The notes under the pieces were generated by a model. It made no database searches. It saw nothing but the letters and a program-made list of their open reading frames with translations, and was not told where the DNA came from. A DNA stretch of 63,926 bases, counting the filler, from Lama guanicoe (lineage: Eukaryota): NCBI GenBank assembly GCA_013239625.1. It is 102 parts of 102 records of this genome, joined end to end, with 100 filler letters (N's around TTAATTAATTAA, not from the genome) between each part and the next. Parts side by side here need not be neighbours in the genome. Positions count along the whole stretch, not along the records: positions 22,582 to 23,031 come from PNXV01026585.1; positions 23,132 to 24,010 come from PNXV01026586.1; positions 24,111 to 24,534 come from PNXV01026588.1; positions 24,635 to 25,086 come from PNXV01026590.1; positions 25,187 to 26,131 come from PNXV01026592.1; positions 26,232 to 26,658 come from PNXV01026593.1; positions 26,759 to 27,658 come from PNXV01026594.1; positions 27,759 to 28,267 come from PNXV01026595.1; 94 more parts are not named here. The stretch is one strand, 5' to 3'. Below are positions 22,582 through 34,459 of this stretch, piece by piece. The translations under genes were made by a program, and so were the position numbers. Numbering within the stretch: the first letter of the stretch is position 1; each line of letters begins with the position of its first letter.

Positions 22582-23031
22582 GTATATAGAATTTAGAAAA
22601 TAGAATGTAGAACACAGAATATAGAATATATATTACGGAACACTGAGTATACAATTTAGAATATAGAATATAAAACACAGAATATAGAATATAGAATAGA
22701 GAATATTGAATCCAGAATTTAGATCATGGAATGCAGAACACAGAATTTAGTGTACTGAATACAGAATACTGTATATAGAATTTAGAAAATAGAATGTAGA
22801 ACACAGAATATAGAATATATATTACGGAACACTGAGTATACAATTTAGAATATAGAATATAAAACACAGAATATAGAATATAGAATAGAGAATATTGAAT
22901 CCAGAATTTAGATCATGGAATGCAGAACACAGAATTTAGAATATAGAATGTAGAACACAGAGCTTAGAAGATAGAATACACCATGAAGAATATAGAATTA
23001 AGAATATAGAATGAAGAACACAGAAAATTGA
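22582..23031 (+). repeat. Heptamer satellite with 189-bp higher-order repeat
   Basis: GTATATAGAATTTAGAAAATAG at 22582 and 22771. Confidence 0.95.
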
Positions 23032-23311
23032 NNNNNNNNNNNNNNNNNNNNNNNNNNNNNNNNNNNNNNNNNNNNTTAATTAATTAANNNNNNNNNNNNN
23101 NNNNNNNNNNNNNNNNNNNNNNNNNNNNNNNACATAAGAACAAAAAGGCAAAACTGAGAGTGAAGAGAAAATGGAGATTCGAAACTTAAACGAAACCATG
23201 GGAAGATAAATTCATAAAAATGGATTCCATGAAGTCAGGGCAAGTGTTAAAGGCCGACTAGAAATTCAGCTGTAAGATCCCTGGCAGCTAAAGCAAAAAC
23301 AAAAAGATGAT

Positions 23312-23415
23312 GGGGCGGGTGGTAGAGCGTGTGCTTAGCGTGCACGGGGTCCTGGGTTTAAGACCCAGGGCCTCCACTAACAGATAAATACATCTAATTA
23401 CCTACCCCCCCAAAA
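23312..23415 (+). mobile_element. Vic-1-type tRNA-Ala SINE with A-box deletion
   Basis: GGTAGAGCGTGTGCTTAGCGTGCACGGGGTCCTGGGTT..CCTCCAC and tail TAAATACATCTAATTACCTACCCCCC. Confidence 0.8.
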
Positions 23416-23528
23416 GAGCCCCAAAGAAAAGATAAAGACAAATTTTGTCCCCCAAAAAACCCTGATATTAAGTTTGGATTAAATACTTAAAAAAAGAAAA
23501 AAAGAAAAATAGAAAAGATAAGTGACAC

Positions 23529-23938
23529 TGTGAAGTAAAAGCCCAGCTGGGCTAACAAACTTAGTCACATATCCAAGTGTGATAAGTGTCGGTTTACTGA
23601 TCTACGTTTTTCTGGGCTACCTGGTAAACCTGAAGTTTAGAGTCAGTTTAGTGGGCTAACAAGCTAACTCGTTAATCCAAGGTCAACAATTGTCAGTAAC
23701 GTGATCTGTTCCAAATTGATAAACCTCAGTGTATTGATTCCTTGCTTTTTGTTGTTTCAGCCTTATTGGCTAATAGCCACATACATGTAATTAACCCTAT
23801 AAAACCTCATGTGCAGGTCTTGGTGGTGCTCAGAGCTCTGGAGCAGAAGCCCCTCTGAGCCCGCAGGCGTAATAAATCTCAGTACTCCCACCCTCCAAGT
23901 GGTGCTGGTTTCTTGGCTGGCCTGTTGTTTCCCTAACA
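23529..23938 (+). mobile_element. Complete solo LTR (ERV1-like, 410 bp) with 4-bp TSD ACAC
   Basis: TG...CA termini, ACAC at 23525-23528 and 23939-23942, TATAAAA at 23798, AATAAA at 23871, no PBS after the 3' end. Confidence 0.85.
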
Positions 23939-24110
23939 ACACAAGGGATAATGCCCGTGAGATAAATCTGCGGTGGCTGCTGTCAGGTCCCCATGTCTCA
24001 CGTGGGAAAANNNNNNNNNNNNNNNNNNNNNNNNNNNNNNNNNNNNNNNNNNNNTTAATTAATTAANNNNNNNNNNNNNNNNNNNNNNNNNNNNNNNNNN
24101 NNNNNNNNNN

Positions 24111-24534
24111 AGCTCTCTTCATTCACAGGAGTTCCCTGTTCGGGGAAGACCAGGAAATACCTTCTCTGACCTTGGGAATACAGCGTATGTCACGGGGATA
24201 TCCTGCAAACCCCCCTACCATTCCCTGGCAGAGAGATATTAGGAAAACCCTCAGGGGAGACGAGCTTAGGCATTCCGTTAGAACCCATGCGCTGCCGACC
24301 GTTGGTGGAACCTCCCCACGCTCAGGATTCCGGAAACATTGTCAGTGCGTGGGGGAGCTCGAGAGACAACTCCACGCAGCTCTCTTCATTCACAGGATTT
24401 CCCTGTTCGGGGAAGTCCGGGAAATACCTTCCCTGAACTTGGGAAGGCCGCGTATTTCACTGGGATATCCTGCAAACCCCCCTACCATTCCCTGGCAGAG
24501 AGATATTAGGAAAACCCTCAGGGGAGACGAGCTT
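24111..24534 (+). repeat. 267-bp satellite
   Basis: AGCTCTCTTCATTCACAGGA at 24111 and 24378. Confidence 0.95.
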
Positions 24535-25186
24535 NNNNNNNNNNNNNNNNNNNNNNNNNNNNNNNNNNNNNNNNNNNNTTAATTAATTAANNNNNNNNNN
24601 NNNNNNNNNNNNNNNNNNNNNNNNNNNNNNNNNNCGAAGGAAGGAAAGCCACCGTATGCTTTGTGTCTCTGAGTGCTCGTACGTCTCAAGGTACACGTAT
24701 CTGCAGGTGAGGGGATCTCCACGGAGGGAGGAATAAAGGTTGGAGGGCAGTGGTGGGGTGGCCTTCTCTAGGGTCGTGGATGTATGTGAGGTGTGACCAT
24801 CAGGATGTGCGTGAGCCCGGGGTGGGTTAGTGTGCAGATCCTCCCCTTACAGCCCTGCTGTGTGCGGTGTCCCAGCCAGACAGGTGCTGACCACTTGGAT
24901 TTCGTGTGCGTGGTGCCTGTCTAGGTAGAAGAACGCTCAACGCAACGCGTTGTTCGGTGGTCTTTGGGCGATTGATGGTGGAAGTATGTGGGACCCGAAT
25001 ACCGTGAAGTCGTGAGCGTGCCGGGAGCCGCCTGGTTTCCCTGGCAGTTTAAGTTTGATGTCAGTGGTTTACTGGTCCGTAAACACNNNNNNNNNNNNNN
25101 NNNNNNNNNNNNNNNNNNNNNNNNNNNNNNTTAATTAATTAANNNNNNNNNNNNNNNNNNNNNNNNNNNNNNNNNNNNNNNNNNNN

Positions 25187-25610
25187 TATCCAGCAATTAC
25201 ATTCTTACACATTTATTCAAAAGAACTGAAAACGTATATTTACAAAACTACTTACAGAGGAATTTCCCTAGGAACTTTATAATCATAGTAGCCCCAAACT
25301 GCAAACAATTAAAATACTGATCAACAGGAGAATAGCCAAATTGTGACATATACATACAATGGACTATGCTTCAGGAAAAAAAAAAAAAGAACAGACTGCT
25401 GATACAAACAACTGATCAACTGATATAGTGGAATGTCACATGAATGCCAAGCAAAGAAATCTAGATTTAAAAAAACACATAGTTTGATCTCATTAATATC
25501 AAGATGTAGAACAGTCAAATTTAACATACAATGATAAATTTAGAACTCCAATTGTCTCTATGAAGGGACTCACTTAATAAGGGGATGTGGAAATTTGGGG
25601 GGAGGGACTA
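25187..25610 (+). mobile_element. Old L1M 3' end
   Basis: ATCCAGCAATTACATTC..AAGAACTGAAAACGTATAT..TAGCCCCAAACTG..CATACAATGGACTA. Confidence 0.7.
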
Positions 25611-25867
25611 TTTACCCAAATCAGTTCATCATTCTTTAATTTAATAAATTTTTAATGGATATCTCCTCTATACCTGTTAAAGGTCAACAAGTTAGACACG
25701 TTTGTTTACTTATCTTCATTAGGCTAGTCATTCATAGGTAAAAGCTACATAAATTTTAAATAAAAATAGAATTGTGACATTTTCCCAGGTTACTAGAAGG
25801 AAGTAATATGATTTTAAAAGTAGAAAGAAAATTTTAATTGGATTATTTCACTATGCATTAGGAAGAG

Positions 25868-26131
25868 TTTAGGACACATGGCACCCTCATATGCCATCCT
25901 GGCATATTGACTATTTGGAGTTGAAGGCACTTAAAGAGGAGCAAATTAAAAAACACTATGACTTTCCTTCTTTTTCCTAAAAGCGGATTAAGTTCTCATG
26001 TGAAAGATGTTTGCACTATTCCAGAAGCAAAGAGACATTCTTATCACAAGGCCAGGAAATCTAGGCCAAGAGAAGTGTAAACAAACAAACTTCTTAAACT
26101 AGCCTTTCTTTCCTAGTCACTCTTCCAACCA
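25868..26131 (+). mobile_element. MER34/MER39-like ERV1 LTR fragment
   Basis: CACCCTCATATGCCATCCTGGCATATTGACTATTTGGAGTTGAAGGCACTT resembles the MER34-group 5' motif as I recall it. Confidence 0.55.
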
Positions 26132-26231
26132 NNNNNNNNNNNNNNNNNNNNNNNNNNNNNNNNNNNNNNNNNNNNTTAATTAATTAANNNNNNNNNNNNN
26201 NNNNNNNNNNNNNNNNNNNNNNNNNNNNNNN

Positions 26232-26658
26232 CAGGAGAAACACTTACTCTGGTTCCTCAGTCTGTTTCCAAAGCCGGTTTCATGTGCCTGCCGTTTTCAC
26301 TGTAAAAGCGAGTTAGAACTTGTACCTCCCCATATATATGTATGGAGTGGTGTTGGGAACTGAAAATTTTCATTGTGTTCCCTTCAAGTTAGTTGAAGCA
26401 CGGCTTTCACACACAATTATGTCTAAGAACTGAGCATGTGGAGAGACATTTGCTCATCCAGCATAAAGGGAACGGGTTGCAGGAGAAACACTTACTCTGG
26501 TTTCTCAGTCTGTTTCCTAGTGCCGGTTCGAAGTGCCTGCCGTTTTCACTGTAAAAGCGAGTTGGAGCTTGTACTTCCCCATATATATGTATGGAGGGGT
26601 GTTGGCAACTGAAAAAAACTTTGTGTTCCCTTCAAACTAGGTGAAGGACGGCTTTCAC
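26232..26658 (+). repeat. 248-bp satellite
   Basis: CAGGAGAAACACTTACTCTGG at 26232 and 26480. Confidence 0.95.
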
Positions 26659-27758
26659 NNNNNNNNNNNNNNNNNNNNNNNNNNNNNNNNNNNNNNNNNN
26701 NNTTAATTAATTAANNNNNNNNNNNNNNNNNNNNNNNNNNNNNNNNNNNNNNNNNNNNGGGGACATTTTGTGCTGGTTTCTTGGAGATCTGTCAGTCAAG
26801 CTCTGCTCTGCACTCTTCTAACACTCAGCGCATCACCTTGAGTCCCAAGTCTCCTGTCCGGTTGAGAGTGTGCGTCCATGTAAAACAGAGTTTCACCTTT
26901 GCTGCTCCATCACCAGGGGTCAGACCCTGCACTGGTTTCCATTCCCTGCTTTGCCTTCTCCTGCTTCCAGGTGTTCTGAGGCCTCACCCTGCCCCTGGAA
27001 GTTACAGACCTCTCTTCGGCAAGTGTCCTGTGCCAAGGGCTGGGTGAGTGGATGTTTCCATTGCTGTGTACATGGGAGCGAGTGAGCGCAGGTTGCACTG
27101 CTCCTCTGCCAACTGGGCATCGACTAATCAACACTTTCCAGATATATTTCACAGAAATGTGATATTTGTTTAGCTCTTTTTCCTATACAGCCTTGGTGGG
27201 AGTGATTATCTGAAGACTCCAGTTTTGACGTTGTTTTGATATCTCATTTGCAGGCTTTAAAATGTTTAATAGAATTGATTTACATGTTTTGGGAGTTATA
27301 CGAAAATGAAGTTAGATTTTGAAACATACTGAATCGACCAAGAAGCTAGACTTGTCAATTTTGGTAACATTTGGTCAGCTCTGAGGAAAACATTGTCAGA
27401 TAGAATGTAAAATAGCAGTCCAAACTGTTAAAGGGGTCATGTCAACTCTTTACTGTTGAAGCCTCCGAAACCAACAGGAACCATGAAATACCTATTGGAA
27501 ACATGAAATAACCCCCAACCTTGGATTCACTTGTGCATTTCGTGCCCCTTACACCCAATGACACCTACTGAACAATGTTGGCATTTCAAGGGGTAACATC
27601 CCCCTCTACGGAATTACAAGAGAAAACAAACCAAATATATACATTTAGGTTTGAATCCNNNNNNNNNNNNNNNNNNNNNNNNNNNNNNNNNNNNNNNNNN
27701 NNTTAATTAATTAANNNNNNNNNNNNNNNNNNNNNNNNNNNNNNNNNNNNNNNNNNNN

Positions 27759-28267
27759 CAAAGATATTGGCCTGTAATTTTCTTTTTTATAGTTTTGGTA
27801 TCAGGGTAATGGTGGCTTGTAGAACAAACTTGGGAGTGTTCCCTCCTCTTCAATTTTATGGAATAGTTTGAGAAAGATAGGTCTAAATTCTTCATATATT
27901 TGATAGAATTTCCCAGTGAAGCTATCCAGTCTTGGACTTTTGTTCACAGGGAGTTTTAAAAAATTTTTACTACAGATTCTATTTCACTTCCAGTGATAAG
28001 TCCATTCAAGTTTTCTGTTTTTTCTTGACCAAGTCTTGGCAGTCTGTATGTTCCCAGAAATTTGTCCATTTCTTCTAGGTTGTCCAGTTTGTTGGCATAT
28101 AACTTCATAATATTGTCTTATGATGTTTTTAAATCTCTGTGGCATTGGTTGTTATTTCTCCTCTTTCATTCTTATTTTATTTATTTGGGCCCTCTCTCTT
28201 TTCTTCTTGGTGAGCTTGTAAAGGTTTATAAATTTTGTTTATCTTTCCAAAAATAACCATTACTTGT
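27759..28267 (-). mobile_element. L1 ORF2 fragment
   Basis: GATATTGGCCTGTAATTTTC..GGTATCAGGGTAATG..TTTGTCCATTTCTTCTAGGTTGTCCAGTTTGTTGGCATA. Confidence 0.9.
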
Positions 28268-28367
28268 NNNNNNNNNNNNNNNNNNNNNNNNNNNNNNNNN
28301 NNNNNNNNNNNTTAATTAATTAANNNNNNNNNNNNNNNNNNNNNNNNNNNNNNNNNNNNNNNNNNNN

Positions 28368-29032
28368 CCCCACAGTTGATTCTGAGACCAAGATCCGAGC
28401 TGCCAAATTTGAAGAACAAAGGCAGCGGTCAGTGAGGGATAGGGCTACGGATGATGGCACCCGCTGCGTCTCAGGGATCTGGAGTGCATTGTGGGATGTG
28501 GTGGGTCCTATCAAGAGAGCAAACCGACCTGTGACCCCAATGAGCAAGCAACCACACTGGCACTCGCGGTTGAGATTATCGATATGTCTCATGGCCACAC
28601 CCAGCGCATCTGCAGGACCAGGGACCAATTTGGCATGTTGCCAATAGAGCACGTGTGGGGCTGAATCAGAGATATCATGTATCTGGTCTGAGGGATCCAG
28701 GGGTCCTTGGGTTTGAAATCAGAATGAAAAGCCTTAGGATCTGCTTCATTCATAACCTGGCCTGGGATTATGGTTTGGTTTGAGGCACAGAATGTGCAAC
28801 AGCTCTGTTGTTGCCTTAGTACACCCGTGCCACAAGTATGAGTGGGCAAGGAAGAGTTGTACAAGTCCACAGCACTAAATGATGAAGCATTACCTTCACC
28901 ATTATTTCCCAAAATCAGCCTCTATATTTGGGTGCTGCTGACACATTACGGCACTGAGTACACCAAGGTGGATTTTCGGGATAATTCCAGCAGTTCCTGA
29001 TTAATGACATCCGTAGATATGCTTCGAATGTT
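28368..29032 (-). mobile_element. Possible degenerate ERV-L (class III) gag remnant
   Basis: Minus strand has QELLELSRK..ILGNNGEGN..NEAD..PW in an order resembling ERV-L gag; interrupted by stops. Confidence 0.3.
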
Positions 29033-29741
29033 NNNNNNNNNNNNNNNNNNNNNNNNNNNNNNNNNNNNNNNNNNNNTTAATTAATTAANNNNNNNNNNNN
29101 NNNNNNNNNNNNNNNNNNNNNNNNNNNNNNNNCCGTGTAGACTCTCAGTGCTCCAAAGGGATGCCTTGTGGTTTGGAGGTGAGATTCTCACTTCTGTAAA
29201 TACCGAAGGATTGTGTTATTGGGCCCTGCTGATTTGCATCTATTCTTTAGAAAGTACATATTGTATATTTTTTCAAGCATGCATGATTTTTTCTTTTAGT
29301 ATTTATAGTTCTACCCTCTCATCTCTTGTATGATATTTCATGGAATGTAGGAAACAATCCTAAACCACCTGCCTCTTCACACTTCTCCTTGGTGGTTTTC
29401 TTCCCTGACTAGAAGAGGGTTTTGCATAGGGAATTTTCTTTGTTCCCCTTTTCTTGGAGTCTCTCTGTCTGTCTACCCATCTCTCACCTGTCAATCTGTC
29501 CATTTATCTACCCACTCATTCTTCTGACTTGTTCCAACAATCATTTCAGGCACCTTACAAAATAACAGATACCAAATAAGCAGGTGAGAAAGTGGAGCCA
29601 AGTTCAGACAGTGAGGCTAGGAGGCGAGCCTATGTGAGGGTNNNNNNNNNNNNNNNNNNNNNNNNNNNNNNNNNNNNNNNNNNNNTTAATTAATTAANNN
29701 NNNNNNNNNNNNNNNNNNNNNNNNNNNNNNNNNNNNNNNNN

Positions 29742-29993
29742 CCCACTTGGTCATGATGTATAATCTTTTTTTATGTGTTGTTAGATTCTATTAGCTAAAA
29801 TTTTGGTGAGGATTTTGGCATCTATGTTCATCAGTGATATTGGCCTGTAATTCTCTGTTTTGGTGGTGTCTTTGCCTGGTTTTGGTATCATACTTTATAT
29901 TTTTGTTTTCAAAACTGTTTTACTCTTCTAGTTCTTTTGTCTTTTATATAAATTTTAGAATAATCTTGTCTGTATCTACAAAAGATATTGCTG
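29742..29993 (-). mobile_element. L1 ORF2 fragment
   Basis: CCCACTTGGTCATGATGTATAATC..GAGGATTTTGGCATCTATGTTCATCAGTGATATTGGCCTGTA. Confidence 0.9.
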
Positions 29994-30093
29994 NNNNNNN
30001 NNNNNNNNNNNNNNNNNNNNNNNNNNNNNNNNNNNNNTTAATTAATTAANNNNNNNNNNNNNNNNNNNNNNNNNNNNNNNNNNNNNNNNNNNN

Positions 30094-30634
30094 AGGGATT
30101 ACTATCCAACATATATAGAGAGCTCATACAACTCAACATCAATAAATGAACAACCTGAGTTAAAAATGGGCAAACACATTGAATATACTCTTTTTTCCCC
30201 AAAGAGGACATGCAGATGGCCCATTTCTAATCATCAGGGAAATGCAAATCAAAACCACAAGGGGATATCACCTCACACTTGTCAGAGGGCTATTATCAGA
30301 AAGAACATGAGGGGTGGAGGGTGGGAAGGGATAGATGGGATTTCAAAATTGTTAAACAGATAAACAACATTACACTGTATTGCACTGGGAAATATATACA
30401 AGATCTTACACTAGCTCACAGAGAAAACAATGTGACAATGAATATACCTATGTTCATGTATAACTGAAAAATTGTGCTCTACACTGGAATTTGACACAAC
30501 ACTGTAAAATGATTTTGAATCAATAAAAAAATGTAAAAAAAAATACATTGAAACAACCTAAATGTCCATCAACAGATGTCTGGATAAGAAGTTGTGATAT
30601 ACTCATACAATGGAATACTAAGCAGCCATTAAAA
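30094..30634 (+). mobile_element. Older L1 ORF2 3' fragment with a nested young L1 3' UTR (about 30309-30545)
   Basis: ATCATCAGGGAAATGCAAATCAAAACCACAA before the insert and AAACAACCTAAATGTCCATCAACAG after its poly(A). Confidence 0.85.
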
Positions 30635-31426
30635 NNNNNNNNNNNNNNNNNNNNNNNNNNNNNNNNNNNNNNNNNNNNTTAATTAATTAANNNNNNNNNN
30701 NNNNNNNNNNNNNNNNNNNNNNNNNNNNNNNNNNTCTTTGAGAAGAATTGTGAACACATTGCCTTTTCGATAGAACAGATAATGTTTTGTTTAAAATTTA
30801 ATTATTTAGTGAATATAATTTTGTGAGATTCATATCCAACAAGTAAAATATAGAATGGCTTGTCAGTAGCTGCCACTTGGCAAAGTGACCACGGACTTGA
30901 ACATCATCAAGAAAGATATGTACTAAAGATTTCCCATATAGATGGCCAAGCACAAGTTATTTTGAGAAAATTTGTATCACATGGTTAAATATGGTAAAGC
31001 TCAGAAATTACAGTTTAAATAGTAGTATGTGTGAATGCACACAAAATATAATATGTACGACACTGCAATAATAATGCAATGGTATAAAGGACTTCTATGG
31101 TTAGTCCCCCACCTCTCCTCTAGGTACCATTTTATGACAATTCTCATTTTAAAGCATTAATAAGATAGCTACGGTTCTCCAGTTGCATCATATAACTCAC
31201 CTTCTCTTCTATGAGTATTTATTTCACTTTTTTCAAGAGTTAGCTGAATGACCCCCTTGGTGAGGTGAGGTGTCTCCTCTGCACATACAGAACATGCAGA
31301 CTCTGAAATCAAATATGACTGGCATTNNNNNNNNNNNNNNNNNNNNNNNNNNNNNNNNNNNNNNNNNNNNTTAATTAATTAANNNNNNNNNNNNNNNNNN
31401 NNNNNNNNNNNNNNNNNNNNNNNNNN

Positions 31427-32271
31427 AAAACCGCAGGAACTTCAAACCGGCACTAGGAAACAAAATGAGAAACCAAAATAAGTGTTTCTCCTGCAACCCT
31501 TTCCCTTTGTGCTGGATGAAAGGACGTCTCTCCACATGCTCAGTTCTGAGAGATAAGTGTGTGTGAAAGCCGTCCTTCACCTAGCTTGAAGGGAACACAA
31601 AGTTTTTTTCAGTTGCAAACTCCACTCCATACATATATAAGGGCAGGTACAAGCTCCAACTCGGTTTTACTGTGAAAACCGCAGGAAAATGCAACCGTCA
31701 CTAGGAAACACAGTGAGAAACCAGAGTCAGTGTATCCCCTGCAACCCGTTCCCTTTGTGTTGGATGAACGAACGTCTCTCCACATGCTCAGTTCTGAGAG
31801 ATAAGTGTGTGTGAAAGCCGTCCTTCACCTGGCTTGAATGGAAAACAAAGTTTCTTTCAGATGCAATCTTCACTCCATACAAATATATGGGGAGGTACAA
31901 ACTCCAAGTCAGTTTTACAATGAAAACCGAAAGAATATCAAACCTTCACTAGGAAACAAACTGAGAAACCAGAGTAAGTGTTTCTCCTGCAACCCGTTCC
32001 CTTTGTGCTGGATGAAAGAACGTCTCTCCACATGCTCAGTTCTGAGAGATAAGTGTCTGTGAAAGCCGTCCTTCACCTGGCTTGAATGGAAAACAAAGTT
32101 TCTTTCAGATGCAATCTTCACTCCATACAAATATATGGGGAGGTACAAGCTCCAACTCGGTTTTACAGTGAAAACCGCAGGAACTTCAAACCGGCACTAG
32201 AAAACAGACTGAGAAAACAGAATAAGGCTTTCTACTGCAACCCGGTCCCTTTGTGCTGGATGAAAGAACGT
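31427..32271 (-). repeat. 248-bp satellite (about 3.4 units)
   Basis: GTGAAAGCCGTCCTTCACC at 31563, 31811 and 32059. Confidence 0.97.
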
Positions 32272-32371
32272 NNNNNNNNNNNNNNNNNNNNNNNNNNNNN
32301 NNNNNNNNNNNNNNNTTAATTAATTAANNNNNNNNNNNNNNNNNNNNNNNNNNNNNNNNNNNNNNNNNNNN

Positions 32372-32894
32372 AGTGGAGATGGCCACTGAAAAGTAACTTT
32401 GTGTTCCCTTCAAGCTAGGTTAAGGAAGGCTTTCACACACCTATCTCTCTCAGAACTGAGCATGTGGAGAGACGTTCGTTCATCCATCACCAAGGGAACG
32501 GGTTGCAGGAGAAACACTTACTCTGGTTTCTCAGTCTGTTTCCTCGTGCCGGTTTGAAGTGCCTGCCGTTTTCACAGTAAAACCGATTTGCAGCTCGTAC
32601 CTCCCCATATATATGGATGGGGTGGAGTTGCCAACTGAAAAGAAACTTTCTGTTCTCTTCCAGCTAGGTGAAGGACGGCTTTCACACACACTTTTCTCTC
32701 AGAACTGAGCATGCGGAGAGACGTTCGTTCATCCAGCACCAAAGTAACGAGTTGCAGGAGAAACACTTACTCTGGTTTCTCAGTCTGTTTCCTAGTGCCG
32801 GTTTGAAGTGCCTGCCGTTTTCACAGTAAAACCGATTTGCAGCTCGTACCTCCCCATATATATGGATGGTGTGGAGTTGCCAACTGAAAAGAAA
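32372..32894 (+). repeat. 248-bp satellite
   Basis: CTCAGAACTGAGCATG repeated. Confidence 0.95.
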
Positions 32895-32994
32895 NNNNNN
32901 NNNNNNNNNNNNNNNNNNNNNNNNNNNNNNNNNNNNNNTTAATTAATTAANNNNNNNNNNNNNNNNNNNNNNNNNNNNNNNNNNNNNNNNNNNN

Positions 32995-33598
32995 AGGATA
33001 CCTGAGCATGTCTCCGTGTGTATGCTGGAGGTTGGGAAACAGATTATACGCATCTTTATGGGGCACAGGTGTTCCAATGTTGGGGAAGTAGTTTAAAACC
33101 CTCCACTACCCACAGAGATGCACTCGCTCATACTTGGCTTTAGAGACTTCCCCAAACATCGCATACTGCTAGGCCTAGGAAAACACTTAGGGAAGTCAAT
33201 CTAAGGGATTCTATTAAAACCCAGGTGCTGCTGTCTGTTGGAGGAACCTCCCCACACTCAGAACCCCAGAACACTTCTTCCTGTGTGTGCTGGAGATGGG
33301 GAAACAGCACACGCATTTTTCAGGGGTCACAGTAATTCCCAAGTTGTGGGTTGTAGTTTAAACATCTGTATTACCCATTTAGAGGCACACGCTAATACTT
33401 AGTTTTAGATCCCAAATCCCACTTTCAACCACACACTGGCCAAGACAAACCATCAGGGAAGACAAGCAAATGGATTGTATTAAAACCAAGACGCTGATGT
33501 CAGTTTGAGGAACTACCCCACCCTCAGGATACTGGAACTCACCCTTGTCTGGTGGGGAGATTTGAAGCCACTCTCCACGCAGATGAATGGGTGCTCAG
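32995..33598 (+). repeat. Highly diverged 267-bp-family satellite
   Basis: TTAAAACC at 33214 and 33480 (period 266); retains CACAGGTGTTCC and GTTGGAGGAACCTCCCCACACTCAG. Confidence 0.85.
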
Positions 33599-34459
33599 NN
33601 NNNNNNNNNNNNNNNNNNNNNNNNNNNNNNNNNNNNNNNNNNTTAATTAATTAANNNNNNNNNNNNNNNNNNNNNNNNNNNNNNNNNNNNNNNNNNNNTG
33701 GAGGGAGCAGGTCAAACTCCTCTTTTTATAAATGGAAAAACATGAGGTTCCGCTACCAGTAGAAAGTGACATTTGTCTTTTACAATGTAATAAGCTTCTA
33801 ATAATCCCCATTATGAATAGTTCCCATTGTTCACAACTGAAGATGGGGGTCAAAGCGTATGTTGGTGAAAGACTGTACATTCAGAGATGAAAGCTGAAAC
33901 TTAGACAAAATTAGACATTCATAATGTTTTTGAGTCCTGAGAAAAAAAAGCGTATCATATTGGCAGCATACAAAAAATACTGAAGAAAGTTTTTGGTCAC
34001 TTAAACTGACAATTTTAAATTTAAATTTGCCAACTAATAAATGTAAATTTTCATTGGAACATTCTTGTTGAAAAATTGAAAATGAAGACTCATTTCACTT
34101 TATCGTTCTTCCTTATTTAAAATTGTTTAATTTGTTTTTTAGTTTTTTAATTGAAACGTTTAACTTTTATTGCGAATGCATGCTTCATTGTTCAGAGAGG
34201 CCAGCGTTGTGGTAGTGAGACTTTGGGAATGAAGTTGCCGAAATCCATATTTGAACACAGCAGCTTGCTTCNNNNNNNNNNNNNNNNNNNNNNNNNNNNN
34301 NNNNNNNNNNNNNNNTTAATTAATTAANNNNNNNNNNNNNNNNNNNNNNNNNNNNNNNNNNNNNNNNNNNNAGAGAGTCTGGGGAATGTGGCTTTTTGTT
34401 TGCTGGTGTCCAGCCACTGCCGAGCAGGAAGGGATGCTGGAAGTGAGGTGGGAAGCCCT

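Noticed and set aside
28915..28940. Minus-strand APKYRG resembling a bornavirus L protein segment
   Set aside because: Six-residue coincidence followed by a stop, with no flanking similarity
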